IMG/VR virus record: IMGVR_UViG_3300037483_000793
Location: 64,001 to 128,000 of that record
From: a virus
DNA length: 64,000 nt
Strand: one strand, 5' to 3'
In this document: positions 42,291-52,503 of the stretch, piece by piece
Position numbering within the stretch: the first letter of the stretch is position 1
Layout of the letters: each line of letters opens with the position of its first letter
The notes under the pieces: model-generated
Seen by the model: the letters and a program-made list of their open reading frames with translations, nothing else
Told to the model about the DNA's origin: nothing
Database searches by the model: none
Made by a program: the position numbers and the translations under genes

Positions 42291-43055
42291 CTAGCGGTGC
42301 TTGATCGCGAACTGCAGTGCTTCGCGGCCGAGCCTGAACGCGAGCGCCTTGCCGCTCGGGCCAAGTCGATACGGGCTCTGCGCAGCCCGCTTGGCGATGC
42401 GTAGCGCGAACCATGAAGCGGCGACGACGCCCACGACACCGAGCGCGCCGAGACCGATCTTGGCGCCCGTTGACATGCCGGTCGAGGCCATCGACGGCTG
42501 GACGCCGAGTGTCGCGAGCGCGGCAGCGATCTGTGGCGCGGCATCGCGTGCACCGTCAGCTGTGAAGTGGATCCCGTCGCCGCTCCGCTGCGCCATCTCG
42601 GTCAGCGGCCGGATGTCGAGCGTGCGGTCGATGCCGTACACGCCTCGGATCGTGTCCAGCATGAGCGGTGCAGCGGTCTCGAACTTGATGGCGTCGTACG
42701 ACGGCGGTCCGAGCGCGACAACTTCGGCGTGCGCGAGCTTGTACGCGTCACGGATTGCTTTCATGGCCGTCGCGGTCCGTGCAAGTTCGGGCGTCGTCAT
42801 GCCGCGATTGATGTCGTTGGTGCCAAGAAAGACGATGACTTTGGTCGGCTTGAACTGCGAGATGTCCGACGCGATTTGCGACAACCCGTTCTCGCCCTGA
42901 ATGAAGCTGATCGCCGAGCGGCCAACGCGCGCATTGATGTGGACGTCCTGTGCGCCAGCACCGTGCAGGAGCTGACCGAGAACGCCGCCCGGCGAGAACG
43001 CGCTCGCCGACAAGCTGTCACCGAGAATCAGAATACGCTCGCCGCGGATGTTCAT
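42291..43055 (-). CDS. SGNH/GDSL hydrolase with C-terminal membrane anchor
   Basis: ILILGDSLS, VGRS, FLGTND, DGIHF; C-terminal GLGALGVVGVVAASWFALR then basic tail. Confidence 0.85.
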   Translation of the reverse strand: MNIRGERILILGDSLSASAFSPGGVLGQLLHGAGAQDVHINARVGRSAISFIQGENGLSQIASDISQFKPTKVIVFLGTNDINRGMTTPELARTATAMKAIRDAYKLAHAEVVALGPPSYDAIKFETAAPLMLDTIRGVYGIDRTLDIRPLTEMAQRSGDGIHFTADGARDAAPQIAAALATLGVQPSMASTGMSTGAKIGLGALGVVGVVAASWFALRIAKRAAQSPYRLGPSGKALAFRLGREALQFAIKHR

Positions 43056-43993
43056 CGGCGCTTCCGCGTGTAGCCGACGAGTGGGCCGCGCGTCGCCAAG
43101 TTCTTGGCAACGTGGAGCGCGAGCCAACCCGCACCGACCAAGCCGCCAATCGCGGCAATCACCGCGAAGAACCTTTTGACGCTACTGTCAGCGTCGGCGG
43201 ATTCGGATGCCGTCGTCGAGCAGATCGGCATGTTCGGCGACCAGTTCGGAGCTGCTTCATTCGACACGGCCGCGATACCGCGCGCGAGCAGCGTCATGCC
43301 TTGTGGCGACGTCGGCTGCACGCCGTACTGGCGCATGAGAAACGTGCGGCGGTGATCGACACCCGGCAGCGGACCGACCCAGTAGTTGCCGCGCGTCGCA
43401 GTACTCTGCAGTGTCGCGGCCGGGTTGGGGTACGCGTTGCGGTTGAACAGATTAGATTGATCGTCTGCGAGCCGCGCGAAATTGTGGCTGCGGCCTGACG
43501 CGATGAGGTCTCCGAGTAGGAGCGTTAGCACGCTCGGATCGAGACGCGTCGAGGCCCAACGACGATACGGCGCCGTCGTGACACCGGTCGGTCCATGGAT
43601 CGGACCATAGAAGCCGTAGTTCGGATGGCCTACGCCCTGGTTGTAGAGCAGGACGTTGAGCACCGACTTGCCGCGGAGCTTGGCGCGGTTGACGGCCGCT
43701 TCACCGACAGCGACGCGTTCTTCGATCGTGCCGTTGCCGATCTCGGACTGCATGTAGCGGGCAAGCGTGTAGGCTTCGAGTGAGAGCTTGCCACTGAACA
43801 GTCCCGGCGCGAGCTGCTTGAGCCGCGTCTCGGCGTTCGCGCGCATGCTCTCTGGCGAGCACGCGATGTTGCCCTGGTCGTTGAGCGCACAGCCCGAGAA
43901 CACGGTGACCTGCGCGCCCCGCGCGAGCGGCGCAAGCATGGCGTGCCATGGCGGATAGCACGTCGTCGGCGTGTCCAACATCGGAGTCGCCAC
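43052..43993 (-). CDS. SleB-like (Hydrolase_2) cell-wall hydrolase with C-terminal membrane anchor
   Basis: LARYMQSEIG...ERVAVGEAAVNRA; TM FFAVIAAIGGLVGAGWLAL; tail LVGYTRKRR. Confidence 0.7.
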   Translation of the reverse strand: MATPMLDTPTTCYPPWHAMLAPLARGAQVTVFSGCALNDQGNIACSPESMRANAETRLKQLAPGLFSGKLSLEAYTLARYMQSEIGNGTIEERVAVGEAAVNRAKLRGKSVLNVLLYNQGVGHPNYGFYGPIHGPTGVTTAPYRRWASTRLDPSVLTLLLGDLIASGRSHNFARLADDQSNLFNRNAYPNPAATLQSTATRGNYWVGPLPGVDHRRTFLMRQYGVQPTSPQGMTLLARGIAAVSNEAAPNWSPNMPICSTTASESADADSSVKRFFAVIAAIGGLVGAGWLALHVAKNLATRGPLVGYTRKRR

Positions 43994-43996
43994 GGG

Positions 43997-44608
43997 CTAC
44001 CTGCTCCGGCGGTTCCGACGGCGATAGGTGCGGCCGAGCCCGTTGCGCTTGGGCTTGCCGAAGCCTTGCGCGAACGCGATGGTCGGCGTGATGACCGGAA
44101 ACACCGCACCCATGACGCCCCACCAGATGCCCCAGCCGAGACTGTCGTTGCGTTTGTAGCCGTGATAAACGCTCGCCGCAAACGAAGCAGTGCTCAGCAC
44201 GCCCCAGATGATCCGGACAGGCATCGACGGCGGTTTCAGGAAATTGGCGCGCCGCTCGAATGCGCGCATGCCCTGCTGTACGAGCAACGGATTGGCGCCA
44301 ATCGCAATCGCGCGAGCCGCGACCTCTTGACGTTCGGCGTCCGTCGAGAGGACTTCGAGAATCGCCTGAACGTCCGCAGCGAACATCGCGCTGCGGATCC
44401 GCTCCGCGAGCTTTTGCAGCTCGGCGTCGGTCAGCGCACCGAGCCCACCGAACACACCACTGTCACCGAAACCGCCCGCACCGATGCGGACGTCGCCATC
44501 GGCGGGCAGATTCCACGGGACGGGCTGGATCCCGCCGCCACCTCCGCGAACGACAAAGGTCTCGTGGCGGTGAATAGGCGAAACGGTCTCGGTACCGAGC
44601 GTCAGCAT
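43997..44608 (-). CDS. Membrane protein with YHGYKRN hairpin and GLG-Arg tail
   Basis: Two hydrophobic segments; ends NGLGRTYRRRNRRSR; TAGAAT six nt before ATG. Confidence 0.7.
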   Translation of the reverse strand: MLTLGTETVSPIHRHETFVVRGGGGGIQPVPWNLPADGDVRIGAGGFGDSGVFGGLGALTDAELQKLAERIRSAMFAADVQAILEVLSTDAERQEVAARAIAIGANPLLVQQGMRAFERRANFLKPPSMPVRIIWGVLSTASFAASVYHGYKRNDSLGWGIWWGVMGAVFPVITPTIAFAQGFGKPKRNGLGRTYRRRNRRSR

Positions 44609-44673
44609 GCATTGATTCTACACCCAAACATTCACTTGATCGCGCGAGCGATCGCGTTGTAGCGTCCGTCGCG

Positions 44674-44895
44674 ATGCCACGAGGAAAGGCCGTTGACTAC
44701 GCGCAACCGCTCACACCGTACGAGCGTTCCGACGAAGAGTACCGGCAGCTGGCGATCAGTACGAAGTTGCGAACCCTGGCTGACATGTCCGAGCGCGAGA
44801 TCCGCGCGCTGGAGCGGTACTACAAGTGCCCCGTGATCAGACCCGAGGTGCGCAACCGGCGCCGCCGGGCCCCCGGCCACGCCGTAGCAGCCTGA
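44674..44895 (+). CDS. Hypothetical protein
   Basis: TTGATC-N18-TAGCGT upstream. Confidence 0.45.
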   Translation: MPRGKAVDYAQPLTPYERSDEEYRQLAISTKLRTLADMSEREIRALERYYKCPVIRPEVRNRRRRAPGHAVAA

Positions 44896-44988
44896 CCCGG
44901 GGATCGCTCTGGGCGCCTGAAATCAGCGAATTCAAGCTGATTTGCGCTGTTTTAGGGTCCTGAAATCGCGTACTTACGAGAAAGTGCG

Positions 44989-45012
44989 CTTACTCTTGCT
45001 TTGTTTGAATAG
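44989..45012 (+). promoter_or_regulatory. Class 1 promoter cassette copy
   Basis: CTTACTCTTGCTTTGTTTGAATAG. Confidence 0.7.
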
Positions 45013-45084
45013 CTTGCTGCGTGGGTCGTCTGTAGGGCAGACTCGGTTGTTGCCAAGTCGCTCTCGACAAGGAGACGCCCCCCC

Positions 45085-45522
45085 ATGAAGCTCGCATCCG
45101 GCCCCGACGCACTCAAGTTCGCTCTGGCAGGCAACGCGCGCCTGACGCTTGTGTCCGAGCGCACCGGCACGCGGTTCACGTTCCGCATCAGGGCAAAGGC
45201 CGTCAAGAGCGGCGAGGCTCCGGCACCGCCCTGGTTCGTGTCGGTGCTGACCGGCCGCGAGAACGAGAGCGACTATACGTTCCTCGGCACGATCTTCGAG
45301 GACCGCGTCACCTACCGCCACGGCCGCAAGTCGACCGTGTCGCCCGAGGCGCCGAGCGCCAAGGGCTTCGCGTGGGCCTGGACGTTCATTGCCAAGGGCG
45401 AGCTGCCGCCGGGCTGCGAAGTCTGGCACGAGGGTCGCTGCGGTCGCTGCGGTCGCGCGCTGACCGTGCCTGAGTCGATTGCGTTGGGCATCGGGCCCGA
45501 GTGCGCGAGCGGAGGGTTCTAG
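45085..45522 (+). CDS. DUF6011-domain protein
   Basis: C-terminal RCGRCGRALTVPESIALGIGPEC. Confidence 0.8.
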   Translation: MKLASGPDALKFALAGNARLTLVSERTGTRFTFRIRAKAVKSGEAPAPPWFVSVLTGRENESDYTFLGTIFEDRVTYRHGRKSTVSPEAPSAKGFAWAWTFIAKGELPPGCEVWHEGRCGRCGRALTVPESIALGIGPECASGGF

Positions 45523-45525
45523 GTC

Positions 45526-48500
45526 ATGTTCGATCTCAATAGTCTCAAGCTCATTCGTCAGCGCTGCGTCGATCCTATGTGCTGCCAGGGCAGCGTTGAT
45601 TGCGAGCGCCCGATTCACGTGTTCACGTACCCCGGTTTCGACGGCTACGTCGAAGCGTGCAGCGAGCACGCCCGCGAGGAACTTGCGACCGCCGTCGATG
45701 AGAACGACTGGCAGATCATCGATGGCAAGCTCGTCGAGCGCACCGACAACCGCTGCCGCGACTGTGGCGTTCTCGGTGAGACGGTCGGACATCAAACCTG
45801 TGCGTACCCGCAGGAGCACCTATGACGATGTTCTACGTCGAGAAGCCTGAATCCCAGCCGCGTGCATACGAGCTGACGGACACGGTGCCCGCGCCCTCGG
45901 GCCCGTACCGTCGCTACATCACGAAGTTCGAACAGACGCCCGCATTCATCGTGCACAGCAAGATGCACGGCACGCACGAGAAGCCGCAGCCGTATGTCGT
46001 GCGTGGCGTATCCAAGCGCGGAGAGCTGCTCGTGCAGGCGACGGTCGAGACCAAGTACGAGCCGATCGGCCGTTGGCTCGAAGTCGAGTGCGGCGACACG
46101 CAGGAAGGCTACCGGTTCAAGCGCCGCCTGCTCAAGCCGATCGCGACGCTGATCAAGATCGCGGCCGATGCCGCCAAGGCGAACGCGCGTGTGCAGAAGC
46201 AGCAGGCGCATCAGGCGGACCGCGACGAAAAGTGCGGCGAGTGCCCGGCCTGCTTCGGTGACTACGTCGTGGTGCCGACCAATGCAGCGCGGCTCAAGTT
46301 GAGCAACGCGGCGCAGTACAAGATGGTTCATCACGGCTACGAGCGGCCTGGTGACGGCATGATTCACGGTGATTGCTACGGCGTTGGTTACGCGCCGTTC
46401 GAGGTCTCGTGCGAAGGCACCAAGTTCTACCGTGGCATCGTGCAGAACTCACTGCAGATGCGTCAGGACGTACTGACGGCGCTGCCAATGTTGGAGACGG
46501 TCAAGGTCGAGGACGGCTCCAAGTTCGTCGGCGGGCGGTTCTGGCCCGTGTACAAGGAAATCAAGCGTGGCGAGTACGGGTTCGACGCCGAAATCGCGTT
46601 GCGCCGTCGGAAGCTCGAAAGCCAAATCGATTCGGCCAGGCATCACCTCGCCGAGCTGAACAAGAAGATCGCGAACTGGAAGCCGCAGCCGTTTCCACGA
46701 CCGATCAAGAAAGGCAAAACGTCGTGACCAAGACCAAGCGTCGTGTTTCCCGTGAACAGCGTCTGCGCGACGACGTTGCGTATGCCGCCTCATGTCTCAA
46801 AGAGGCAGGTGACCCACTTCATCACCTCGGCCCGAGCGGGCAGTACGAGGACGCGTTCCAGCGCTACAGCAAAGCGATGCATGCACTGCTCGCGTTCGAC
46901 TGTCCACTCGGGATCGAGGAGTGGACGTGGGACGGCTATGCCGGGACATTCCACTTCAAGTGGGTGTTCGGTGCGCAGGCGCGCGAGCTGGGATCCGCCA
47001 AGGCGTACGAGACCCGATACATCAACATGACGTCGCACGGGCGCCTCGACGATTCCAAGCTGATCGACGAGGAGCTGGTGCGCCTCCGCGCCGAAGCTGT
47101 GTATCTCGACGAGATGCGCAGGGCCTTGACGCGTTGGTCACACGATCACGTGAAGGGCGCCGCCAAATGAAGTGGACCAAGGTCCGTGCGGGCCTGTACC
47201 GCAGCGGCAAGTACGAGCTGCGTCAGGCACGGTGGCGCGCGTCCAACGACGGTTGGATGATCACGACCGACGACGAATCGTTCCATGACTCGGCGCGGCT
47301 TCTGGTCAAAGCAAAGCGCCGTTGCGAGACGCACGCTGCAGACGAGATCAAGAAGGAAGAGCAGCGTCTCGGTCCCGATTTCGGGACGCGCCTGTTCAAT
47401 GCGCATGCGAAGGTAGCCGCGACCGCGCCAAAAACAACGGAGCCGGTGATCCCGAAGGTCGATTTGCTCAATGCATCGGCGCAGCTGTTCTGCGAGACGT
47501 TGTTCCTGGCATCGAAGATCGGTGTCACGGACGCGATGCAAAAGGTCACGCGAGACGATCACGCGCTCGCGACATTGCTCTGCAAGCCGAAGTGCTACCG
47601 CTACGAACACGTGCGCATGCTTCACGAAGCATACGAGGCGGGCCAAACGTTCATGGAGCTGCAAGGTCAACCGACGAACATGAAGTGGGACAAGTCATGA
47701 GCGACTCCAGACGCATCACCAACGAGACGAAGTCGATCCGTTCGGTTGAGAAGGGATCGCGCCTCACGCGCGAGTGCCGTTCGCAGCGCTTGTACTGGCG
47801 CGGTGTGCTGTTCTCGTTCGCGACAAAGCACCACGGTCACGACTACTTCATCGCCGAGATCGATTGCCTCGGAAGGATCATGTGATGGGAAAAAACCGCG
47901 TCAACATCAAGGCAATTCTTCGCGACCCTGCACAGTGCCGCGAGCTGATGATCGATACGATCATCGCAACACAAGCACGCGAAGGCATCACGACCACGCG
48001 CAAGCAAGCTGCGGCTGCATGGGACAAGGTGCAGATAGAGAAGGCGCAGTACTCACTCAAGCAGCGCTTGGACGTTTCACCACAGCGGCCGTTGCCCGTT
48101 CCGCCTGGGTATCGTGACATCGCCACCGCGTTCGGCGAAGCCGAGTTGGAAGAGCCTGTGATGCGCGAGATCTTGGAGCGGTACCACTTCACCAAGCGCG
48201 AACGCAGGGCGCTCGTGAAGGCGATTGTCGCGGGCTACCTCGAAGGTTGGGTTCGCGCCAACTGCGAGCGCGATGATCTGGCCAATCCCATCCTGATGAT
48301 CAGCGCGCCATAGGAGCTGACCATGAACGACACCACACGCGAACACCTGATGAATCACCGGCACACGAAGAACGACGGCTCGGAGTGGGCATACGACGCG
48401 CAGGGCATCGAGTTGTGCCGCGTGTGTCCCGAGTGCCGCGACGTCAAGCTGTCGCAGTACCGGCCGGAGATCCTGACCGGTTACGACCAGCACGACGTCA

Positions 48501-48756
48501 ACGAACCCATCGAACCCGAACCGGAGTAGCCATGTCACACCAACCGCCGGGATACCCGACCAAGGCCGAGCGTGATGCCGCGCTTCAGGCGCTGAAACAA
48601 ATTCGCGACCACGGCGAGAAGATTTTGATCAACTCGATGCACAGCCAACGTGCACGCAACCTGCTGGTGACACTCTCGACGTGCATCGAGGTTCTGCGAC
48701 GCGATCCGGACATGTACTTCAAGGCGGTGATGGTCGAGATCGAAGGCGAGCCATGA
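45526..48756 (+). other. Run of hypothetical CDSs (45526-45825, 45822-46727, 46724-47170, 47167-47700, 47697-47885, 47885-48313, 48323-48529, 48532-48756)
   Basis: Coupled ORFs; 45822 has CPAC..HHGYERPG..C.G phage motif. Confidence 0.6.
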
Positions 48757-49187
48757 CACGTAAGCCAGAGCGCGGCAGCGCCAAAGACAAACTCGAAACG
48801 GTCAAGCAGTGCAAGTCATGTCCTTGGCGTGTCGACTGCGTGCCTGAGAAAGACATCCCGAACGGCTACTGCGCGAACATGCACGCTGAGCTGCACGGCA
48901 CGATCAAAAGTGGTCTGGAGTCGTTGCCGCGACCGGGCGGCGTCATCCGTGCGATGGCGTGCCACTACAGCAAACCCGGCGAGGAGTTCGTCTGCGCTGG
49001 TTGGTTGGAGAATCAGCTCGGGCCTGGCAACAACATCGCGGCGCGTCTCAAGGTTATGACAGGCGCGTGGCCGGTGCCCGAGATCGACGGCGAGCAACAC
49101 GAGCGCTTCGAGGACACGCTGCCCAAAACTAGCACTCGGGCGCCCAAGCGAACGCGACGGCCCCGACAGCCGCGCCGGTCGCGGTGA
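48753..49187 (+). CDS. DUF6283-like Cys/His protein
   Basis: QCKSCPWR...MACH...VCAGWL. Confidence 0.6.
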   Translation: MTRKPERGSAKDKLETVKQCKSCPWRVDCVPEKDIPNGYCANMHAELHGTIKSGLESLPRPGGVIRAMACHYSKPGEEFVCAGWLENQLGPGNNIAARLKVMTGAWPVPEIDGEQHERFEDTLPKTSTRAPKRTRRPRQPRRSR

Positions 49188-49380
49188 TGCCGACGGCGGT
49201 CGCCAGACCGTCCGAAATCGGTTCGCCGGGCGCCGATCGTGCGAGCCGCCGCAGGGACACGGTCGTGCCCACCACCAGGCCCAAAACGCCACCTACGAGA
49301 CCACCCATGAGCGCCCCAGCTGTGCCGCGGGCGACGCGCGAGCTGCGACTACAGTGCGCGCTGAGCTGACGACGGCGCAT
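49129..49380 (-). CDS. Gly-zipper helical-hairpin membrane protein ending PEC
   Basis: Paralogous to the C-half of 49381-49860. Confidence 0.65.
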   Translation of the reverse strand: MRRRQLSAHCSRSSRVARGTAGALMGGLVGGVLGLVVGTTVSLRRLARSAPGEPISDGLATAVGITATGAAVGAVAFAWAPEC

Positions 49381-49860
49381 CTAGCACTCCGGCTTGGCGG
49401 CGCCGATAGCGAGGCCGCTGACAGCGCCCAGGACCGCGATACCGGACCCGATGAGCATCCAGTGCTTGTAGCGGGCGATGCTAGCGATGGGTTCCGTGAT
49501 GTCGGCCTGCGTGGTCGCGACGGCGACAGCTAGGCCGCCGCCAATCATGCTGCCGATCACGCCGCCGATCAGGGCGCCGAGCCCGCCACGAACGACGCGG
49601 GACGTGTTCGAGCAGGAAGAACTGCCCAGATTCTTGCGATTCCGCACACCATCGAAGTGAATCTTCGCGAGCTTCTTGTAGTAGTTTTTGTCTTCGCACA
49701 GGTGATCGAGCGCGATCTGTTGCGCGATCTTGTGATCGGTGGTGTGTTCCAGCTCGACCGCGGTACCTCGATGTAGCTGCGCAGCGTCGAAGTCCTTTGT
49801 GTGGCATCCGTGACGGCGGGCGTAACCGTTAGGTAGACGGACAGATCGTGCGGGCGTCAT
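49381..49860 (-). CDS. DUF5661-like domain fused to Gly-zipper membrane hairpin ending PEC
   Basis: GTAVELEHT.D...A.QIALDHL.E...YY.KL; two TM segments. Confidence 0.7.
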   Translation of the reverse strand: MTPARSVRLPNGYARRHGCHTKDFDAAQLHRGTAVELEHTTDHKIAQQIALDHLCEDKNYYKKLAKIHFDGVRNRKNLGSSSCSNTSRVVRGGLGALIGGVIGSMIGGGLAVAVATTQADITEPIASIARYKHWMLIGSGIAVLGAVSGLAIGAAKPEC

Positions 49861-49895
49861 GCGCTCGACGATACCATGATCGCGTGCGCGATCGA

Positions 49896-50114
49896 CTAGA
49901 GGGCGTCGGCGGTCGGCAGGCCGAGACCGCGCCGCATAACGTCACGCGCCGCCGACGAGATGTTGGGCTTGCGCTCGTCGTCCCGGCGGATGCCTTCGAG
50001 CTTGCGCGCGTAGGCTTCGAGGCGGTCGTGCAGTGTATCGTCGACGACAACGTGCAGATGACGAACGTGATCGCTGGCGCGACTGGTGGACCGCTTGGGA
50101 CGTTTTGGCTTCAC
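49896..50114 (-). CDS. Ribbon-helix-helix DNA-binding protein
   Basis: HLHVVVDDTLHDRLEAYA...NISSAARDVMRRGL; TATGAT seven nt before GTG. Confidence 0.6.
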   Translation of the reverse strand: MKPKRPKRSTSRASDHVRHLHVVVDDTLHDRLEAYARKLEGIRRDDERKPNISSAARDVMRRGLGLPTADAL

Positions 50115-50147
50115 GCGTGACATCATACTCGCGCTTTGCGCGCGAGG

Positions 50148-50879
50148 CTAGTGTCGCTTGAGCAGGACCGCTGTGACCAGGCCGAGCACGACTGCGCTGC
50201 CAGTCGCAGCAGCGATCACGATCTTCGTCTTGCGTGACATCGGGGGCTTCGAGACGGCAATCGGCCTTGGCGCAACCGGCGTCACGTCGCCCGACTTGAG
50301 CGCGGTGATCATGTTCTCGATCGCCGCTTTGACGTCGTCGAGTGTCCCGAGCGTCGCGATCGCGATCGTCGGGTCCATCATGCGCGCGTTGTTGATGCGC
50401 GCGGTTACGTCGCTGTTGGGGACCTGTGCCGCGACCGTGCCACCTGCTGCGGCAGTTGCCTGCTGCAGCAGCGCCATCGTCCCGCCGTGGACGACCCACA
50501 ACCGGTTGTTGAAGTCGCTGTACGCGCCGGTCGAAGTGCCGACGTCGAACACGACATCAAAGCTGTGGAACGTGGTCACCATCCCAAGGAAGCGCTCGAA
50601 CACCGCGATCGCATCCTCGGCAGACATGCCTGCAGCACCGAATCCGGGCTGCATGTACATGTTCGGATCGTACATGTAGTGGTACCGCGACGTCTCCGCG
50701 TCGGGGTAGTGCTTGCCGATCACGCCCGAGTAGATGCGGCTCTGATCATAGCGCGCCGCGTGCACGGGAAACTCGGCGGCGTAGAAGTCGGGGAAGCCGT
50801 AGCGGTACGGACCCTTTCCCCACTTCGTGACCAGCTCGTTGGCGCTCTCGCCGAAGGCGCCGTAGTGCGCGATCAGCAC
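50148..50879 (-). CDS. Tail-anchored membrane protein with AFG leader (putative virion)
   Basis: MLIAHYGAFG; C-terminal TM IVIAAATGSAVVLGLVTAVLL-KRH. Confidence 0.65.
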   Translation of the reverse strand: MLIAHYGAFGESANELVTKWGKGPYRYGFPDFYAAEFPVHAARYDQSRIYSGVIGKHYPDAETSRYHYMYDPNMYMQPGFGAAGMSAEDAIAVFERFLGMVTTFHSFDVVFDVGTSTGAYSDFNNRLWVVHGGTMALLQQATAAAGGTVAAQVPNSDVTARINNARMMDPTIAIATLGTLDDVKAAIENMITALKSGDVTPVAPRPIAVSKPPMSRKTKIVIAAATGSAVVLGLVTAVLLKRH

Positions 50880-50882
50880 GGG

Positions 50883-51755
50883 TTACCGGCTCCGCGAACG
50901 GCGCCGACCGAGTGCGGGCGACGTGTAGAGGAAGCCGGGCTTGTGCTTGCCCGCCGCGACCGCACCGACGGTGGTGAGGCCGACCATCGCAGCGGCGCCC
51001 ATGACGATTGGCGCCCACTTGCTGCGCTGTTCGCCTGCCTTGGGCACGACGAACGGAATCGTCGAGACGTCGAGCTGCGTCTGGATCGGAACGTTGCCGC
51101 GCTCGTTGAATTGCGACAACAGCGCCGGGAAGTGATCAGCGACGTCGTTGAGGTAGTCGGCGATCTCCGTCGAATACTTGGCGTAGATGTCCGTGCGTGT
51201 CGGCGACACGAATGCGAGGGCGATGCCCGGGTTCGGGAACTTCTTGAGCATGCCCGCGAGTGTCAGCGCGAGTACCGTGAACTGCATCGTCGAAGCACCG
51301 ACCACACCGTCGTAGCCGCTCTGCGCGCCAACTGGGCTCATGAGGTTCGAGGGCACCGTGAAGATCTGCTCGGATGTCGATCCGTCGCCGGACGGCATCT
51401 GACCTTTCATCTGCCGCCCCGCGAGACCGTTGGTCGGGATGAGGTCGATCACGCGGTCGGCAGCGCGCTGCATGTTGCGAATCGGTGCCTTGCCGCTCTC
51501 GCCAGCCTTGTTGAGCACACACTGCGGACGGTTCGCGTTGTCCTTGGTGCAGTACACGAGCCCGTCATCGGACTTGTACGTGGTGCCCGCACCAGCTGCC
51601 TGGAACACGGAAAAGTCCGATACTGCTGCGCCAAAACCGTAGCCGGTGTTGACCCCGCCGCGCATGCGGGCACGGTCCTGCGCGACCTGGATAAGAACAA
51701 GCGCGGAGGGCGCTTGCGACTGCCCAAATCCGTTGCCGTAGGAGCTGACGATCAT
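50883..51755 (-). CDS. Tail-anchored protein with GFG leader and PG-binding-like DGVVG..T motif
   Basis: MIVSSYGNGFG; YDGVVGAST; TM; tail ALGRRRSRSR. Confidence 0.6.
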   Translation of the reverse strand: MIVSSYGNGFGQSQAPSALVLIQVAQDRARMRGGVNTGYGFGAAVSDFSVFQAAGAGTTYKSDDGLVYCTKDNANRPQCVLNKAGESGKAPIRNMQRAADRVIDLIPTNGLAGRQMKGQMPSGDGSTSEQIFTVPSNLMSPVGAQSGYDGVVGASTMQFTVLALTLAGMLKKFPNPGIALAFVSPTRTDIYAKYSTEIADYLNDVADHFPALLSQFNERGNVPIQTQLDVSTIPFVVPKAGEQRSKWAPIVMGAAAMVGLTTVGAVAAGKHKPGFLYTSPALGRRRSRSR

Positions 51756-51795
51756 GTGGTTAGCCTACCACAGAAGCGATCCCAGCAGCGATCGA

Positions 51796-52500
51796 CTACC
51801 GGCGCCGACGACGGCGCGCGAGGTTCGACTTCGACTTCGCTTTCTTGGGCGCGGGCTCACGCAGCACGGCATAACCGACGGCACCGACGACGACGACACC
51901 GGCAACGCCAGCGGTGACCCAGACCCACGTCGGGACCTTGCCCGATGTCGCGATCGGCATGAGCGACGCCGCGGCTGGGTTTGCGCCCGGCATCATGGTG
52001 GGCTGGATCGCTGCGGTCGTCGTTCCTCGTGGCGCCGTCACCATCAGCGACGGTGAAAGCGAAACCGACGTAGGCGGCGTGACGACGGCAATCGGCGTGC
52101 TGGACGGAACCGGCGTCGGCGTCGAGGTCGCAACAGGGAACTGCGATCGCGGCGCGGTCACACCGCCGAGAAACGCTTGCAGCCCGTCCTGAAGGATCTG
52201 TGCGTTCGATGCGATTGCCTCCTTCGTCGAGCCCGGTGACGCGAGCAGCGCTGCCGCCGCGGCCGCGCGTGCGGCCGTGACTGTCTGCGCCCCGATGAAG
52301 CCGTCGACGGTGAGCTGCCCCGTGTACGCAGACAGCCCGAGCTTGGCGTACTGGTTCAGCGTGCCCTGCAGCTGCTGAAGCAGCGCGTGGTTTGCTGCGC
52401 CGATCGCGTAGCAGATGCTGCTGTTGCAGTTGAAGTCGGTGCCTTGCGAGAGCACGCGAGCGGCGCCAAACGCGCCACTGATCGTTGTCGTGAACAGCAC
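51796..52500 (-). CDS. Peptidoglycan-binding-domain protein, Pro/Thr linker, C-terminal TM
   Basis: LTVDGFIGAQTVTA; FNCNSSICYA; tail NLARRRRRR. Confidence 0.75.
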   Translation of the reverse strand: MLFTTTISGAFGAARVLSQGTDFNCNSSICYAIGAANHALLQQLQGTLNQYAKLGLSAYTGQLTVDGFIGAQTVTAARAAAAAALLASPGSTKEAIASNAQILQDGLQAFLGGVTAPRSQFPVATSTPTPVPSSTPIAVVTPPTSVSLSPSLMVTAPRGTTTAAIQPTMMPGANPAAASLMPIATSGKVPTWVWVTAGVAGVVVVGAVGYAVLREPAPKKAKSKSNLARRRRRR

Positions 52501-52503
52501 GGG

